Shown in pieces: positions 25,354 through 37,710 of a stretch of 64,000 nt of DNA; within the stretch, counting starts at the first letter, position 1, and every line of letters starts with the position of its first letter. Below the pieces are notes generated by a model that had not been told where the DNA came from, made no database searches, and saw nothing but the letters and a program-made list of their open reading frames with translations. The DNA lies in NCBI GenBank assembly GCA_028534125.1, contig CM052816.1, positions 29,514,001 through 29,578,000 of the forward strand. Direction: 5' to 3'. The stretch is from Lama glama. Taxonomy: Eukaryota. Made by a program: the position numbers and the translations under genes.

Positions 25354-25698
25354 CTGCCAAAGAAAGAAGAGAGAAGCTGTATTTGGGACAGAACAAAAAC
25401 CAGTGTTACAGTATATTTCAAAACAAAAGAAAATTTCAATAGTAAAAGGTTTAAAATTATATTACATAGTTCTAATTACTGGTGCACAAGTATTTTAAAG
25501 TTTGAAAATTACACCAGAAATTTTATAGTGCATTTCTACCATGGAACAATTTGTTCATGCTTTGAGAAAATGGTCTATAACAAGAACTTTCTGTGAATAA
25601 ACTAAAATGTAATTACTTTTAACAAAGTTATCATTCACATGAATAAATAAAACTTCAGCCTAAAAAAAATAAGTAAATAAAACAGATTAAAAACTAAC

Positions 25699-25947
25699 CA
25701 GGTACAGCTTTTGAGTGCGTCTGTTCTTTGCTGGGGACATGTGCACCTCCACCAAATACAGCAGACCACATTTTTTCATTTAGAGGATGGGCCACAATCC
25801 GAAATAGTTCGTTACTAGAATGTGTTGCCAAGCCATGGATGAAGAGACTAAGATACACCGCTGTGAGAATCTCACAGAGTAAGACTGTAAGCCCTGACTG
25901 GGCTTCTTCCCCGGAAGAATTCAGAAGTCGAATTAGAGAAGTTATTC
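25699..25947 (-). CDS. DMXL1: DMXL1 exon 23 (249 nt) GITSLIRLLNSS...THSKAVP
   Basis: ctcctag|GAATA...GTACCTG|gttagt; ORF 25694..25963. Confidence 0.95.
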
Positions 25948-26458
25948 CTAGGAGAAACAACAAATGTAGTTACCATTGACAATAAACTTAAAAAATTTAA
26001 AATTAACCATATTTTCTAATTTTTGAAAAAAACTTTATTGCATCAGGATTAAAACATTTTCTTCTCTAAATTCATAGACAGGTAGCAATTACTGTAGTTA
26101 ATGCATAAATGCTGAGCTATTTGCTGAATTTAGAGAAACGCTAGAAACCTAATCTGATTCAAATCAGATAGATAAAATTTAGTTGTCACAACAAATGTTT
26201 TTCTATTACAACAGAAGTAAAATTATAAAAAGTGATATAACAAGACATTTGAGTTATTATAATATGACAAGCAAGGAAAAACTAATGTTATGTAACTAGA
26301 TAATTTATAATGAGTGGTGAATAATGAACTGGTATCAATTCTAATAATACTTAACAATAATGATCACATAGCAAAACCAAACCAAAACTACTTTTTCCTC
26401 ATCTGATTAAGTTCAATAAGGCTAATAAAAAACTCACACATATATAAATTATTTATAC

Positions 26459-26586
26459 CTGGCCACTGAGCTGGTGATGTATTGGGAGTGATGGCTTCAT
26501 CTAAGCTTCCTGTTTTCAAAGAATGTCGTCGGGGAAGCAATACTGTCTGATACACCATTCCAGTAAACTGATTTGTTTGAAATGAA
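26459..26586 (-). CDS. DMXL1: DMXL1 exon 22 (128 nt) SFQTNQFTGMVYQ...PNTSPAQWP
   Basis: ctcttag|TTCAT...GGCCAG|gtataa. Confidence 0.95.
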
Positions 26587-27499
26587 CTAAGAGAAAAAAA
26601 ATTAATAATAATAATCTACAATGATAATAAAAACAATATAATAAAACAACAGCAATAATAATAATATATAATGAACTAAAATAATTTTCACATGTAACAT
26701 TTTCACGTCTTTAGATCTAACTTCTAGGATACCTTAAATACAAAATTTTGTGTATTAGTTATACTGCTTTACATTTAAGTACTGTACTTTACAGTCTAGT
26801 ACTATAATACAACAAAGTGTTCTTTAAATTATCTAAATTAAAACAGATATGAAAGCTTTTAAATATATTTACTAAAAGACACAGAATATGTACAAATGAG
26901 AGAATCAAATCATTATTGACCACAAATAGCAAGCTTATATATCACAATTTAAAACAAGGTTATTGAATTGAATATAAAGCCAGTTTAGGTTCAGTGTGAT
27001 ATTTAATGGCTATTCTACCCTACATCATGCTAGGCTACATTAGATACATGCACCAGGTAACCAGGCATTTAATGAAAAACCTGGTTTGTCTTCCTGTGAA
27101 ATTTACAGTCTGATAGGGAATCAGACACACATAATTTTATCACATTGCTTTTAAAGACAAAAACCTGTGCTCTGATAGCCAAAGAGTAGTATTCACACAA
27201 TTTGGGAATTCAGGGTAAGCTTCTCTTAGTAAATGGCTAAAGCTAAAATAAACTAAATAAACAGATAAATGAACTAAATAAATTACAGCTTGACATAAAC
27301 TATGAAATAAATCTGAGAGAAAATGGTATGAAAAATCTGTTAAATACTGTCAGTAGTTCCTATATAACACGTTAGGTAAATGAATATAATATTTAAATAT
27401 AGCATATTTATTGGTTTAGATCTGTGCTAACTGTCAAGTCTTACTAGTCACAACATTTTGATGCATATGTAAATGGTTCTCTTGCTTTACTTTCCATTT

Positions 27500-28290
27500 T
27501 CAAGGTGGCAGAGTAACAACAAAAGAATCCCCCCTGCTAAAGTAAGTATAAGGAAATAATGAGAAGGATTAAAAATAGGTTGATGAAAATAAATTCACAT
27601 TTAATAACACGGAAGTGAACTTTTGGAGGACTAAGTTAAAGAAAATCAGGATGAAACTACCACGGGATTCCATAATCAGAGTTGTAAGCTGAGGTGACTC
27701 ATGGGAGAATTCAAACACATAAGATAAATAATCAAAAATCAACACAAAGGAAGGCTGACATGTTAAGAGACAACAAACTCAGAGAAATGCCTACACTTGA
27801 GGAAGCAGACTTAGGAGAACATTAAAGAAAGTGGTTAATACACAGAGAAGGTAAAAAAAGAAACTCAAGAAACAGTAAGTTACAAAAAAAAGTGGCTACT
27901 TAAATCAATAAAGAGATATTAAAAATGAAAAATAGAATTTCTAAAATATAAACTCAAATAGCTAAATAAAAGATAGGACATTGCTGAAGAATGAATTAGT
28001 ATCTGGAAAATGAAGCTAGGATTTATTCTTAAATGAAGCAAAAAGAAATAGAGAAGAGGATCATTTGAGAGGAAAGCTAAAAGGCAAATAAGAGGGACAC
28101 ATACAAGTTCTAATATCTATCTCATAGGGAAGGAAAGAGAAGAGTGAAGATAAAATATTTAAAGAAATAGAGTAAGGGAATTCCAAAGAACTAAAGAAAG
28201 ACACAATATCCCAGTGTCAAACTATTTTTTAAAAGCCTAGATAAATTATAGTGAATGTGAAACCTTAGGACATAAAGAGAAAAATCATAA
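27500..28290 (+). mobile_element. Old L1 5'/ORF1 region remnant
   Basis: ttcaaggtggcagagtaa; gctgaagaatgaattagtatctggaaaa; gaagataaaatatttaaagaaata. Confidence 0.55.
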
Positions 28291-28751
28291 ACATCAAATA
28301 TCGTGTAAAATTTTTCTCAATTCCAAGTCAGTCACTCCCTTCTCTGTGCTTCCTGAGACATTTACTATCTATTATTTTATAAGACGTATCATTTAAGTAT
28401 TATGTCATGCTACATATCATTAATCAGTTCACATGGTTGTCTCTAATTAGACAGACCTTAAGGAAGGAGACCTTATTCCAGCATGTATCACAATACCTAA
28501 CACTAGGCAGTGAAAAATAAAAGGCTGCTAAATAAAGTTATATTGTGAAGAGTTTACTTGAGATGCATTTGCCATAAAGACATAAGCTAAAATTTCAAAG
28601 ATGGAAACAAAAAAGACTCAATACCTCAGCCATATGCTTTTGCATTATTTAAAGTGGACTGCTGTGTACAGTATTTCTAAATCAAAATCCTACAAATTAT
28701 CAAACCTCATCAGTTACTGCAAACATTCTTAAATTTCACAAAGATATTTAC

Positions 28752-28828
28752 CTGTAGTTATGACTACCACAAAGGCACTGATAAATACAAGCAGAAAGTG
28801 AAGCTGCTAAAGTATGCATTACATATAC
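28752..28828 (-). CDS. DMXL1: DMXL1 exon 21 (77 nt) VYVMHTLAASLSACIYQCLCGSHNY
   Basis: ccccag|GTATAT...CTACAG|gtaaat. Confidence 0.95.
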
Positions 28829-29569
28829 CTGGGGGAAAAAACAAAAAATTACTTTAAGTATAACTTTATTAAAAATTTATTTTCAAGATCCAATATAACC
28901 AGCATTTTTAAAAAGATGAAAAAACTATTTTCCCCTTATAAACTGTTTCCTTTTTCCCTTAATATTAATTTCTGTCTGGAGAGGCCTTGCTACAAACAAA
29001 ACCTGAGGCCTCTGGCAGAAATTATAAAACACACATCTGCCACCTAATTTCTATTTCAAGCACAAATGAGAACAGACATTAGATATTCAGTAGTGCAATG
29101 AACCATGCATTAAAAGCAAGCCCCCCAAGACTCAACGTGCTCCTTCCTCAAGCAAAATATGAAGCCCAGCCTGATGATGACAGTTCACTTACAAACAGAT
29201 CACTGAAGAATATGCTTCTGCACATTCAAGTTACTAAAGAAAGCAATTTGGAGAGTGGCATTTCAGAGAAAGAGGAAGGTATGAATGACAGCAACTGAAA
29301 GGCAAATATTTGAAAAGGAAAGACAGGACTCTTAATATGGCATGAGAAGAGAAATAATAGAAATAGATCTGAGGATGGAGACGCTTAACCTAGGTAAGAA
29401 AGTAGACTAGACTCTTAAAAGGCCAGGTTCTTGATCTGATGATGAAGAATGATACTCTTACGTGCAGATTAAAATCTAATTGCCATTTTTCCTTCTATTA
29501 TGAATAGCCATGTGATATGAATTAAAATCAAAGGTAGCATCATATAAAGGAAGACAGCAAAGGCCTCAT

Positions 29570-30606
29570 ATAGGAGACTACAAAAATAATCATAATATTT
29601 TCCAGCTTCTCCAATCAAAAGGTGAAGTCTATTTCTCCATTTATTGAATCTGGGCTGACTTGTGATGTGCTTTGCCTAAAAGGACCCAGCAAAAGTGATG
29701 TGTGATTTCTGAAACTAGTTCTCAAAAGTCCTTGCAAATTCCACTCTTGCTCTTTAAATTCCTGGAACCACTATGTGAAATAACCTAGGTGAAATGGTTA
29801 ATTTTATCTGTTTACTTCATTAGGCCAAGGGTGCCCAGACATTTGGTCAAACATTATTCTGTGTGTGCCTCTTAGGGTGATTTTGTATGAGATTAACATT
29901 TGAAATGGTAGACTGAGTAAAGCAGATTGCCCTCCCTAGTGTGAGTGGCCTCATCCAACTGAAGACCTGAGTAGAACAAAAAGGCTGAGTATGAGGGAAA
30001 TTCTGCCTGGCTGCACTGAGCTGGGACATTGGTCTTTTCCCACTTTTGTACTAGAACTGAAACATTGGCTCTTCCTGGGTCTCAGTCCTGCTGGTGTCTG
30101 GACTAGAACTTACACTAATAGCTCTCCTGGTTCTCAGGCGTTTGGACTCGGAATGGAACTACAGCATCTGTTCTCCTGGGCCTCCAGCTTGCCATCTGAA
30201 GATCTTGAGACTTCTCAGCCTCCATAATTAAGTGAGCCAACTGCTTATAATAAGGCTCTTTCTACACACACACACACACCCCCTATTGGTTCTACTTCTC
30301 TAGAGAACTCAGACTAATACCCTAGGGTTGCCCGCTGGTGGATAAGACACACATGACCCAGTCTCCTGTCAGTCCTGCAAACAGTCTGCCAACCACCAGA
30401 AAAGTAAATAAGGCCATCCTATGTCATCCAGAATCCAGTCTATCTGCCAGCTGACCAAAGACAAGTGAAAGTAACCAGCTATCAGTCGAGCTGACTCAAA
30501 AGAGAACTGATGAGCCAATCCGCAGAATCATGAGCAAAATAAATCATGGCTATTTTGAGCTACTTATGTTTCAGGATGGTTCTTTAAGCAGCAAAAGCAG
30601 ATATAC
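29570..30606 (+). mobile_element. MLT1 (MaLR) LTR interrupted by nested MLT2
   Basis: ggtgaagtctatttctcc...ttgaatctgggctg; 3' cagaatcatgagcaaaataaa...gcagcaaaagc. Confidence 0.75.
29790..30321 (+). mobile_element. MLT2 (ERVL) solo LTR with 5-bp target-site duplication CTAGG
   Basis: tgaaatggttaattttat...ctattggttctacttctctagagaactcagactaatac; ctagg at 29785-29789 and 30322-30326. Confidence 0.88.
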
Positions 30607-30861
30607 CAGGGGCCTACTTATTATTAAAGTTAAATACAGAATAAAGTTTGGTTAAAATGAGCACAATCTGAAGAAAATTAAATTTCTAACTGTATAATAC
30701 GCAATGTGGGCATTTATACTACTGAGCAGTATAAGAAATAAACTGGCAAAATTAATTTATAAAAGTTAAGGTTACCCAAGAGGGTAAAACTATAGGAGAA
30801 GCCAACATTAGACAAGAAGAAAATGGAAATGGCGTGATATCACAGCCATCTGATTCTCTCC

Positions 30862-30932
30862 CAGATGACAGATTATGCAGAGAAAAAAAAAAGAGAATCA
30901 GATGACAGATTATGCAGAGAAAAAAAAAGAGA
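30862..30932. repeat. About 35-bp tandem duplication cagatgacagattatgcagag(a)ngaga
   Basis: Two copies starting at 30862 and 30899, seen directly. Confidence 0.92.
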
Positions 30933-31316
30933 GACACTTACACACTAGTACTTTTACATGATATTAAGTTTCTGTCTCTAAAACACCACCAAATTTTTCG
31001 CTAAGTTTACTGCTAAAGAATTACTCATACATGTGCATACACACTTATTACTCTTACCTTAATGAAGTGGTTAAATAAAACTAAATAAAAATTAAAATTT
31101 CAAGTACCCTATTAGGTATAAGTAACATAAGTAAGATGAGCCTGGCCTATAACCAGAAATTTTCTTTGATCAAGATCAATAAAAACCTGGTAATGTAACA
31201 ATCTGAATGTATAGTCTGATGTTTAACATTGTTTATAAAAAGCCTTAACACTTATCTTTTCGTTTTATCACACATAGTATACAGGAAATTAAATGTCTGA
31301 AACCAAGCATACTTAC

Positions 31317-31508
31317 TTTATTGCTCTGGACATCAGGATGGGGTGGTGAATCAAAGTTTATGATGGCGTGTAGAATATCATGTGTTAAATTACTAAGGTG
31401 CAATAACGGATTGGCAACTACTGTTTTGGCACTGGCTGTACAAGCAAAGAGAAGAGGTACTGAGGTTTGTTCTGACAGAGGGCTAGAAAATATTGGTTCT
31501 GCTGTTTC
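31317..31508 (-). CDS. DMXL1: DMXL1 exon 20 (192 nt) ETAEPIFSSP...PHPDVQSNK
   Basis: ttttaag|GAAAC...AATAAA|gtaagt. Confidence 0.95.
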
Positions 31509-31986
31509 CTTAAAAACAAAGCAAAAAAAGGTTAATTAATTATTTATAGTCACAATCCATTACTTAAGTAATTCAGGGGTCTCTCTGAAAAACTTCAGAA
31601 CAGTTAAAATTGAAAGCATAACAGAAACTTTCACGGGTAGAAGTGACCTGAGGAGGTCAACATTCTACCCATTACAATGAAAAATGATGGGACAATACTC
31701 TATTATCACAAGGAGAAGCTCATAACCTCACAAGGCATTCATGTAAGAATGTTTAATATGAATTAAGTAGTTCATAGGGTCTGATAACAAACTGTCCTTA
31801 AACCACAATACATACATAACTCTAGAAATTCGTAATATGAATTTCACAAAAAATTTTGGAGCTTTACTTAAAGGAACCATAATTAAGAAAATCAACAATT
31901 TTAATACTTAAAAACTAAAAGAGCAATCTCAAAAACTGTTTTTCATATATGCACTATTTTGACTGGTTATCACGTAAGTTACATAC

Positions 31987-33077
31987 CTGCTGAGATTCTT
32001 GTAGAAGCAAAATCAGTTCCATTCTCACAGATGCAAGACCCCCACCGTGGGACCCATGCAGTATGCAGTAACTAAGAAACATCCTCAAGAGTGACTGATA
32101 CTTCAAAAGCCACTGTCTTTTTTCCTGAAAATTTTCTCTCAGTTGTTTCACTTTTGTTTGGTGAAGCAAATCTTCAGCATCTTCATTTAATCCAAATTCA
32201 TCTCCATTTTCACCAAATGCAGACTGTAATTCTTCAGGATCTGAACAATAGTCACAAGTCCTCTGAAGAGCGATCACCTCTTTTTCAAGCCAGTGGTACA
32301 GCTGATACCGCAATTTCCCACCATCTATTTCATAACCAGTAGATAAGGTACGGAGTTCTACTGTGAGAATCTTTAAACATGCTCTAAATTTTAACTGAAC
32401 TGCAATTATATCTTCTGATGGATCTAAAATGTCATTTTCATCTAGTGTGCTGAGAGATTCTGAGTAATTAGAACTTGTTTCATCTATTTTTTTCCCTATT
32501 TTTCTCTGTAAAGGTTTTAATTCTTTCATTGAAATAGGGAGATCCTCATTTTCTTCATCATTATCACTGTCCCATTTTAATTCTAAAGAGTCATCTTGAA
32601 ATACAATACTTGGTTGGCTCCAGTCAAAAGAAAGAGTGGAATTTGACTGCTTCTCTGAGGAACCCTCTGAAGAAGATCCAAAACCATTTAGCAGTGACTG
32701 TGACCAATCAATAGCAGAAGACTTATCCTCCTTTGCATCCAATTTTAAGGAAGAAGGCGAACACACTTTACTAGTATCCAGAAAACTAGATGTTCTACAA
32801 AAGGGTTTCGTTTTCTTGATGACTTTTGGCATCTTGGATAATACTTCCAAAGCCAACATGGGGCAGCCAGCTTTTAAATGAGCACTCGCAGTAGTAAAAA
32901 ATAATCTTCTTTCACTTAAATTAATTGTTCCTGCCAGTCCACTTTTTCCTGTTAAACTCATGTGTGTGGAAAATGCATCAGATGATCCGAAATGACGTCT
33001 CAGCAAAAGAGGATGTGTTCTTAGATAATTGTAGAAATTAAAAACTGCAGGATTACAGGCTGACATCATGACGTGAT
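31987..33077 (-). CDS. DMXL1: DMXL1 exon 19 (1091 nt) DHVMMSACNPAVFNFY...LLLQESQQ
   Basis: ctttcag|ATCACG...CAGCAG|gtatgt; ORF 31954..33150. Confidence 0.96.
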
Positions 33078-33299
33078 CTGAAAGTAAATTCATTTTATGA
33101 GCCAAGAAAAATTCTCCAAGAGTTGTCCTGTAGTCATTTTTCTCTATCATGGCATCTTACCCACCTGGTCTTGTGAGAAAAATTTAAGGCAACACGAATA
33201 CATAGCATCAAAGAGACAAGAGCACATTTATAATAAGAATGTTCTAACACAGTCAGAAATGCTGATTTCACATCTCTTCAGGTAAAAATCTAACACATT

Positions 33300-33940
33300 A
33301 AAAAATATCCAGTTACACACTCTTAGTTCTTTTTCTCCTCCTTCCCTGGACACTCCTCAGTCTGCTTTGCAAGATCTTCCTCATCTTTTCTACTTTTAAA
33401 TGTGGAGTGTCCTAGAGTTCAGTATTTGCCTTCTTTTCTATCTACACTCCCTGAGTGAACTTCTACAGTCCAATGGCTTTAAACACTATCTATATGCTGA
33501 TAACTTGCACATCTCTATTTCCAGTCTCAACTTCACCTTGTGAATCTAGAATACTATATCCAAAGGCTTACATTTCTATTTACATGTAAAAATCTCTTGC
33601 CTCAATGCCCTTTTTATTTAGTGTGCTCTTGGTCTAAACCACTCTTTACCCAAATATCTGCACTGACTCATCCATTTCAATTAGGTCTCATTTTAAAGGT
33701 CACCTTATTGAGAAAGTCTTCTCTATGTAAAGCAACACTCTTCAAAATCTGCTCCTAGCTTTCCCCATATCATTTATCTACTGCTCAAATTAAAAACCCA
33801 GGAGTTAACCTTGACTCTTAATTCCTTCACATTCCATATCCAATCCAGTGCTATCAAATCAACCTTAAATTTATATTCCAAATCCAACCACTTCTCTCTG
33901 TCTCCACTCCTACCATCCTGATGCAAGCCACTATTACCTT
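33300..33940 (+). mobile_element. LINE-2 fragments
   Basis: atggctttaaacactatctatatgctgataact; aaaaacccaggagttaaccttgactct. Confidence 0.65.
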
Positions 33941-34559
33941 TTATTTTTTTCTTTTAGAATATAGGTTTAATTGGCTCTAAAAGTATATGATCATGTATGA
34001 ATCCCAAATCAAAACACATCTTTGACATGAAAATGTATAGGTATAAAAAAAGTGACTGGAAAAGGCTTTTCTTTTCCCTTTTCATTATACATAGGCCAGT
34101 TGGAAAATCTTCAGTTCCAATGGCTAGGAGACTTAAAAAACTGAGTAACATGGCTTCCTCGTAAGTCTCTCCTAATAAAGACACACATTACTTCCTGATT
34201 AAATGATGCTACGTAAAAAGCTATGAACTTTTTATTAACCTTTTCCAATTAGTACACCAAATGATATGACACCTGCTATACTCGCTAAATATATACTACC
34301 CATGGAAAAATATTTGAAAAGCATAGCCCATCATTTTTATATTAATTTAAATAAAGAATTTCATTTTATATTAGCCTCTTGAAAAGCTTTAGCAAAGAGG
34401 ATTTCTAAAACAAAAGGCAGCAGTAGAACTCAAATGGGTACATTAAAAAAAATTCCCTACTTTATTTATCTCATGAACAAGACAGTCAAGAAGTTATTTA
34501 GCTTATTCATCACATCAACTTTCTCTATACTGAATATATTTTTACTATAAAAATTATAA

Positions 34560-35027
34560 TAGGATATTACTCAGCCATAAAAATAATAAAATAATGCCAT
34601 TTGCAGCAACACGGATGGACCTGGAGAATGTCATTTTAAATTAGGTAAGCCAGAAAAAGAAAGAAAAACACCATATGATATCACTGTATGTGGAATCTAA
34701 AAAATGAGACAAAAGAACTTATTTACAAACCAGAAGCAGACTCACAGATATAGACAACAAATTTAGGGTTACCAGCGGGGAAGAGGGTGGGAAGGGGTAA
34801 ACTGGGAGTTCGAGATTTGCAGACACTAACTAATACATCTATATAACAGATAAACAAGAAGTTTATACTGTATAGCACAGAGAACTGTATTAAATATCTT
34901 GTAGTAACTTACGGCGAAAAAGAATATGAAAACGAATATATATATGTACATGTATGACTGAAGCATAATGCTGTACACCAGAAACTGACACAACATTGTA
35001 AACTGACTATACTTCAATTACAAAAAA
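34560..35027 (+). mobile_element. L1 3' end (same family as 5360-6130)
   Basis: atattactcagccataaaaa...gctgtacaccagaaactgacacaacattgtaaactgactatacttcaat. Confidence 0.9.
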
Positions 35028-35378
35028 TATATATATATATAAACTGATAACAAATACACTAACTTCCACCTAAGATAAACTGACTTTATATCATTATCTT
35101 CTTCAAAACATTTATATTGAAATGTTAATAACATCTATGTTCAATACATCAATTACATAAAAACAGAAAATCCAAAGTCCTTGGTTTTCAAAGGATTTAG
35201 TTTCACAAGGAAAAAAAAAACAACGTGTATATATAACTCTGTGTCCCCAACTAAACCATAAATCTTAGATCATGCTTCAATTTGCTTTGTATTATCCCTT
35301 AGCACCCAGTGGTGTGTTCTGCACCTAGCAAACACTAATAAAACTCCTGATTATTAACATCTTAGAAGTGTAGCTTAC

Positions 35379-35640
35379 CATCATCCTCTCTGATAGGTTG
35401 GTTTATTAATGTTTCCAGAGCATTACTATAATCTTCCAAAATCCAATATGCCATACTCCGAAGAAAAGGATCATAATGCATATTTATATTCAATGAATTG
35501 AGTTCATTGATAGGAGAATCAATTCCCAAGACTTTTTTACATAAAATAGATTTGTATGTTGCAGATGCATCAAATTCAGACTCATAGAGTCTTGCTATTA
35601 CAAGAGCCAACTGAATGTCGTTCAATTTCTCAAGACATAC
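35379..35640 (-). CDS. DMXL1: DMXL1 exon 18 (262 nt) VCLEKLNDIQLAL...QPIREDD
   Basis: tttgaag|GTATGT...GATGATG|gtaagc; ORF 35362..35646. Confidence 0.96.
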
Positions 35641-36451
35641 CTTCAAAACAAGAAATTTTGCTTATAAATAAGCAAGGGTATCTTTTGTTTTAAGGTAAAC
35701 TCAATAACTAGATGAACACAAAGTTTTATTAATATCTGAAATTAGTGAAAAAGGATAATTGCAAACAAAACAACCTTCAGCAAATTTACTTGGCAATATT
35801 TATGCTAATCTAACAGTAGTACTAAATATGTATTTGTAAAAAGAATTAGCCTAACAAGGAAATACTGAATAATTCTTAACAGCATCATTTCAGATGACAT
35901 ATTTTGTTGTATTCTTGAACTTTTACTCTTCCCCATCTACCTCAGCAGACTATAGTGTTTCCAAATCAAAAAGTTGTTTTGAGTTACTTGCATGAAACTG
36001 AGCAAAAGGATAATTTGAGAAAAATGTTACATTTTAATTTTAAGTGTTTATAATTTTTTAAGGTTTACTGAGAAATAATCAGTTAAAAATTTGCTAAGGT
36101 TCATCAACTAACACAGAGACAAATACAGGTTCACACATGATAAAAGTGATAGGACAAACTTTTTATTTCTTTAATTTGTTCATAAATATTCTTAAGAGTC
36201 AAATCAACAACCTATCTCTACCAACCAACATAGGCTGGTGAATTTTAATTCTGTATAAATATCATTCAAGCTAAAAGACAAAATTTTAAAGTAACTATTA
36301 AATATTACCAGTTACTACAGGCATTAAGCCTTGTGTTATCTCCACTATATCTAAACTGAAATTAAAAAATAAAAATTTAGGCTATGGCTTAAAAAAATTA
36401 AAAGAGCTTAAAAGGATGACAATGCTATTTTTAAAAATATTCATTCATTAC

Positions 36452-36617
36452 CTCAATTGCATCTCTGAGGCAACCAGCTAAAAGAAAAAATGCTGCAGAG
36501 TGTTCAAATCTTTGTTTTCCTAACAAAGAAAAAGCATTCTTTAAAGCTGCTTTACGCCATCTTTCATCCTCAAAATTGTGTCCGAAAAACTGTGTCATCT
36601 TGGAATCTTTTTGGGAT
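36452..36617 (-). CDS. DMXL1: DMXL1 exon 17 (166 nt) SQKDSKMTQFFGHNF...GCLRDAIE
   Basis: ttgatag|ATCCC...ATTGAG|gtaatg; ORF 36431..36655. Confidence 0.96.
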
Positions 36618-37612
36618 CTATCAAGAAAAAAGAAAGTATGAAAATTCTGGAACACAATGTTTCTACATCAGACCCAGTAAAGCCAGTCACTTAAAAGTTA
36701 AGACTCTAAAGAAATATTTACCACTTTATAAACTACTGTGTATCTGCTTCTTTTCTGAGCAAAAGGACACTTATGGTAAACATTTGCTTTTCCATATAAA
36801 TTCCAGAGATTACTGAAAAAATTTATTTCAAACTACAAAGAAAATTGCATTAGCAGCACTGTGAGAAATTATTTTTAAGCCCATGCAAAATATATAATTT
36901 ATATTAACTTCTGTACTATTTTACCATTTAAACTTAATCAATCACCTTTACCCCAAATGCCCATCTGAAGATGACTTCAATAATCAAAATGCAAGGAATC
37001 TGTCCTGATTCAAAACAATCCTAAAATACCTAGTCTCTCAGAAAACTGACTGATACCATGATTTTCCCCCAAAGGTTGCAGTTCATATGGATACACCTAC
37101 AGCTGAACCCAAAATGAATAGTGGAGTATTTATGGTAATCATGTTCACTAAGTCTAGCTGGGAACAAGCAAAAGAGAAAAATTCAAAGTGACCCCAGCCC
37201 AAGAATGGGGTCAGGGTCCTTAGGAAGAGGGGGTAGTTTGGAGAGAGAGCCTGATCCACGAGCTCTTGACAGGGCAGAGAGTAGATGTGTTTTCCAGACT
37301 CCACCAATTCATCTTCTTCCCTACTCCAGATAAAAGTTGCTGGTTTAGTTCTTTGTTCCATAGGAACATCATGAGAATTATTGAAATAAGCAAAAAAGTG
37401 TTTTGCTGGACTAATAAACTTAAAAAATCTAATGCAACCTCATGTAACTAATGTAACCAGGTGTCACTAGAAGACATCTGGGCTTCTTCCATATAAAATA
37501 CAAAAATAACTAAGAATCTACATAAATCACACTTACAAGAACAACAAATCGTTATTTCATACATTTACTCTTTATGAAAGGTTTTTCATTTTGAAGCAGT
37601 TTTCTTACCTAC

Positions 37613-37710
37613 CTGTATAATCCCCAAATCACAGCTTTCTTTTTCATTGCAAGGTAAAAAATGGCAGCATCTAAAGGATCATTCTTTTTATAAAAGGCTG
37701 CTTTGGCTAC
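37613..37710 (-). CDS. DMXL1: DMXL1 exon 16 (98 nt) VAKAAFYKKNDPLDAAIFYLAMKKKAVIWGLYR
   Basis: attatag|GTAGCC...TACAG|gtaggt. Confidence 0.95.

Noticed and set aside
31058..31080. 23-nt AG...AAG|gtaaga mini-exon pattern
   Set aside because: Frameshifting, very AT-rich and without supporting context; such motifs are common by chance
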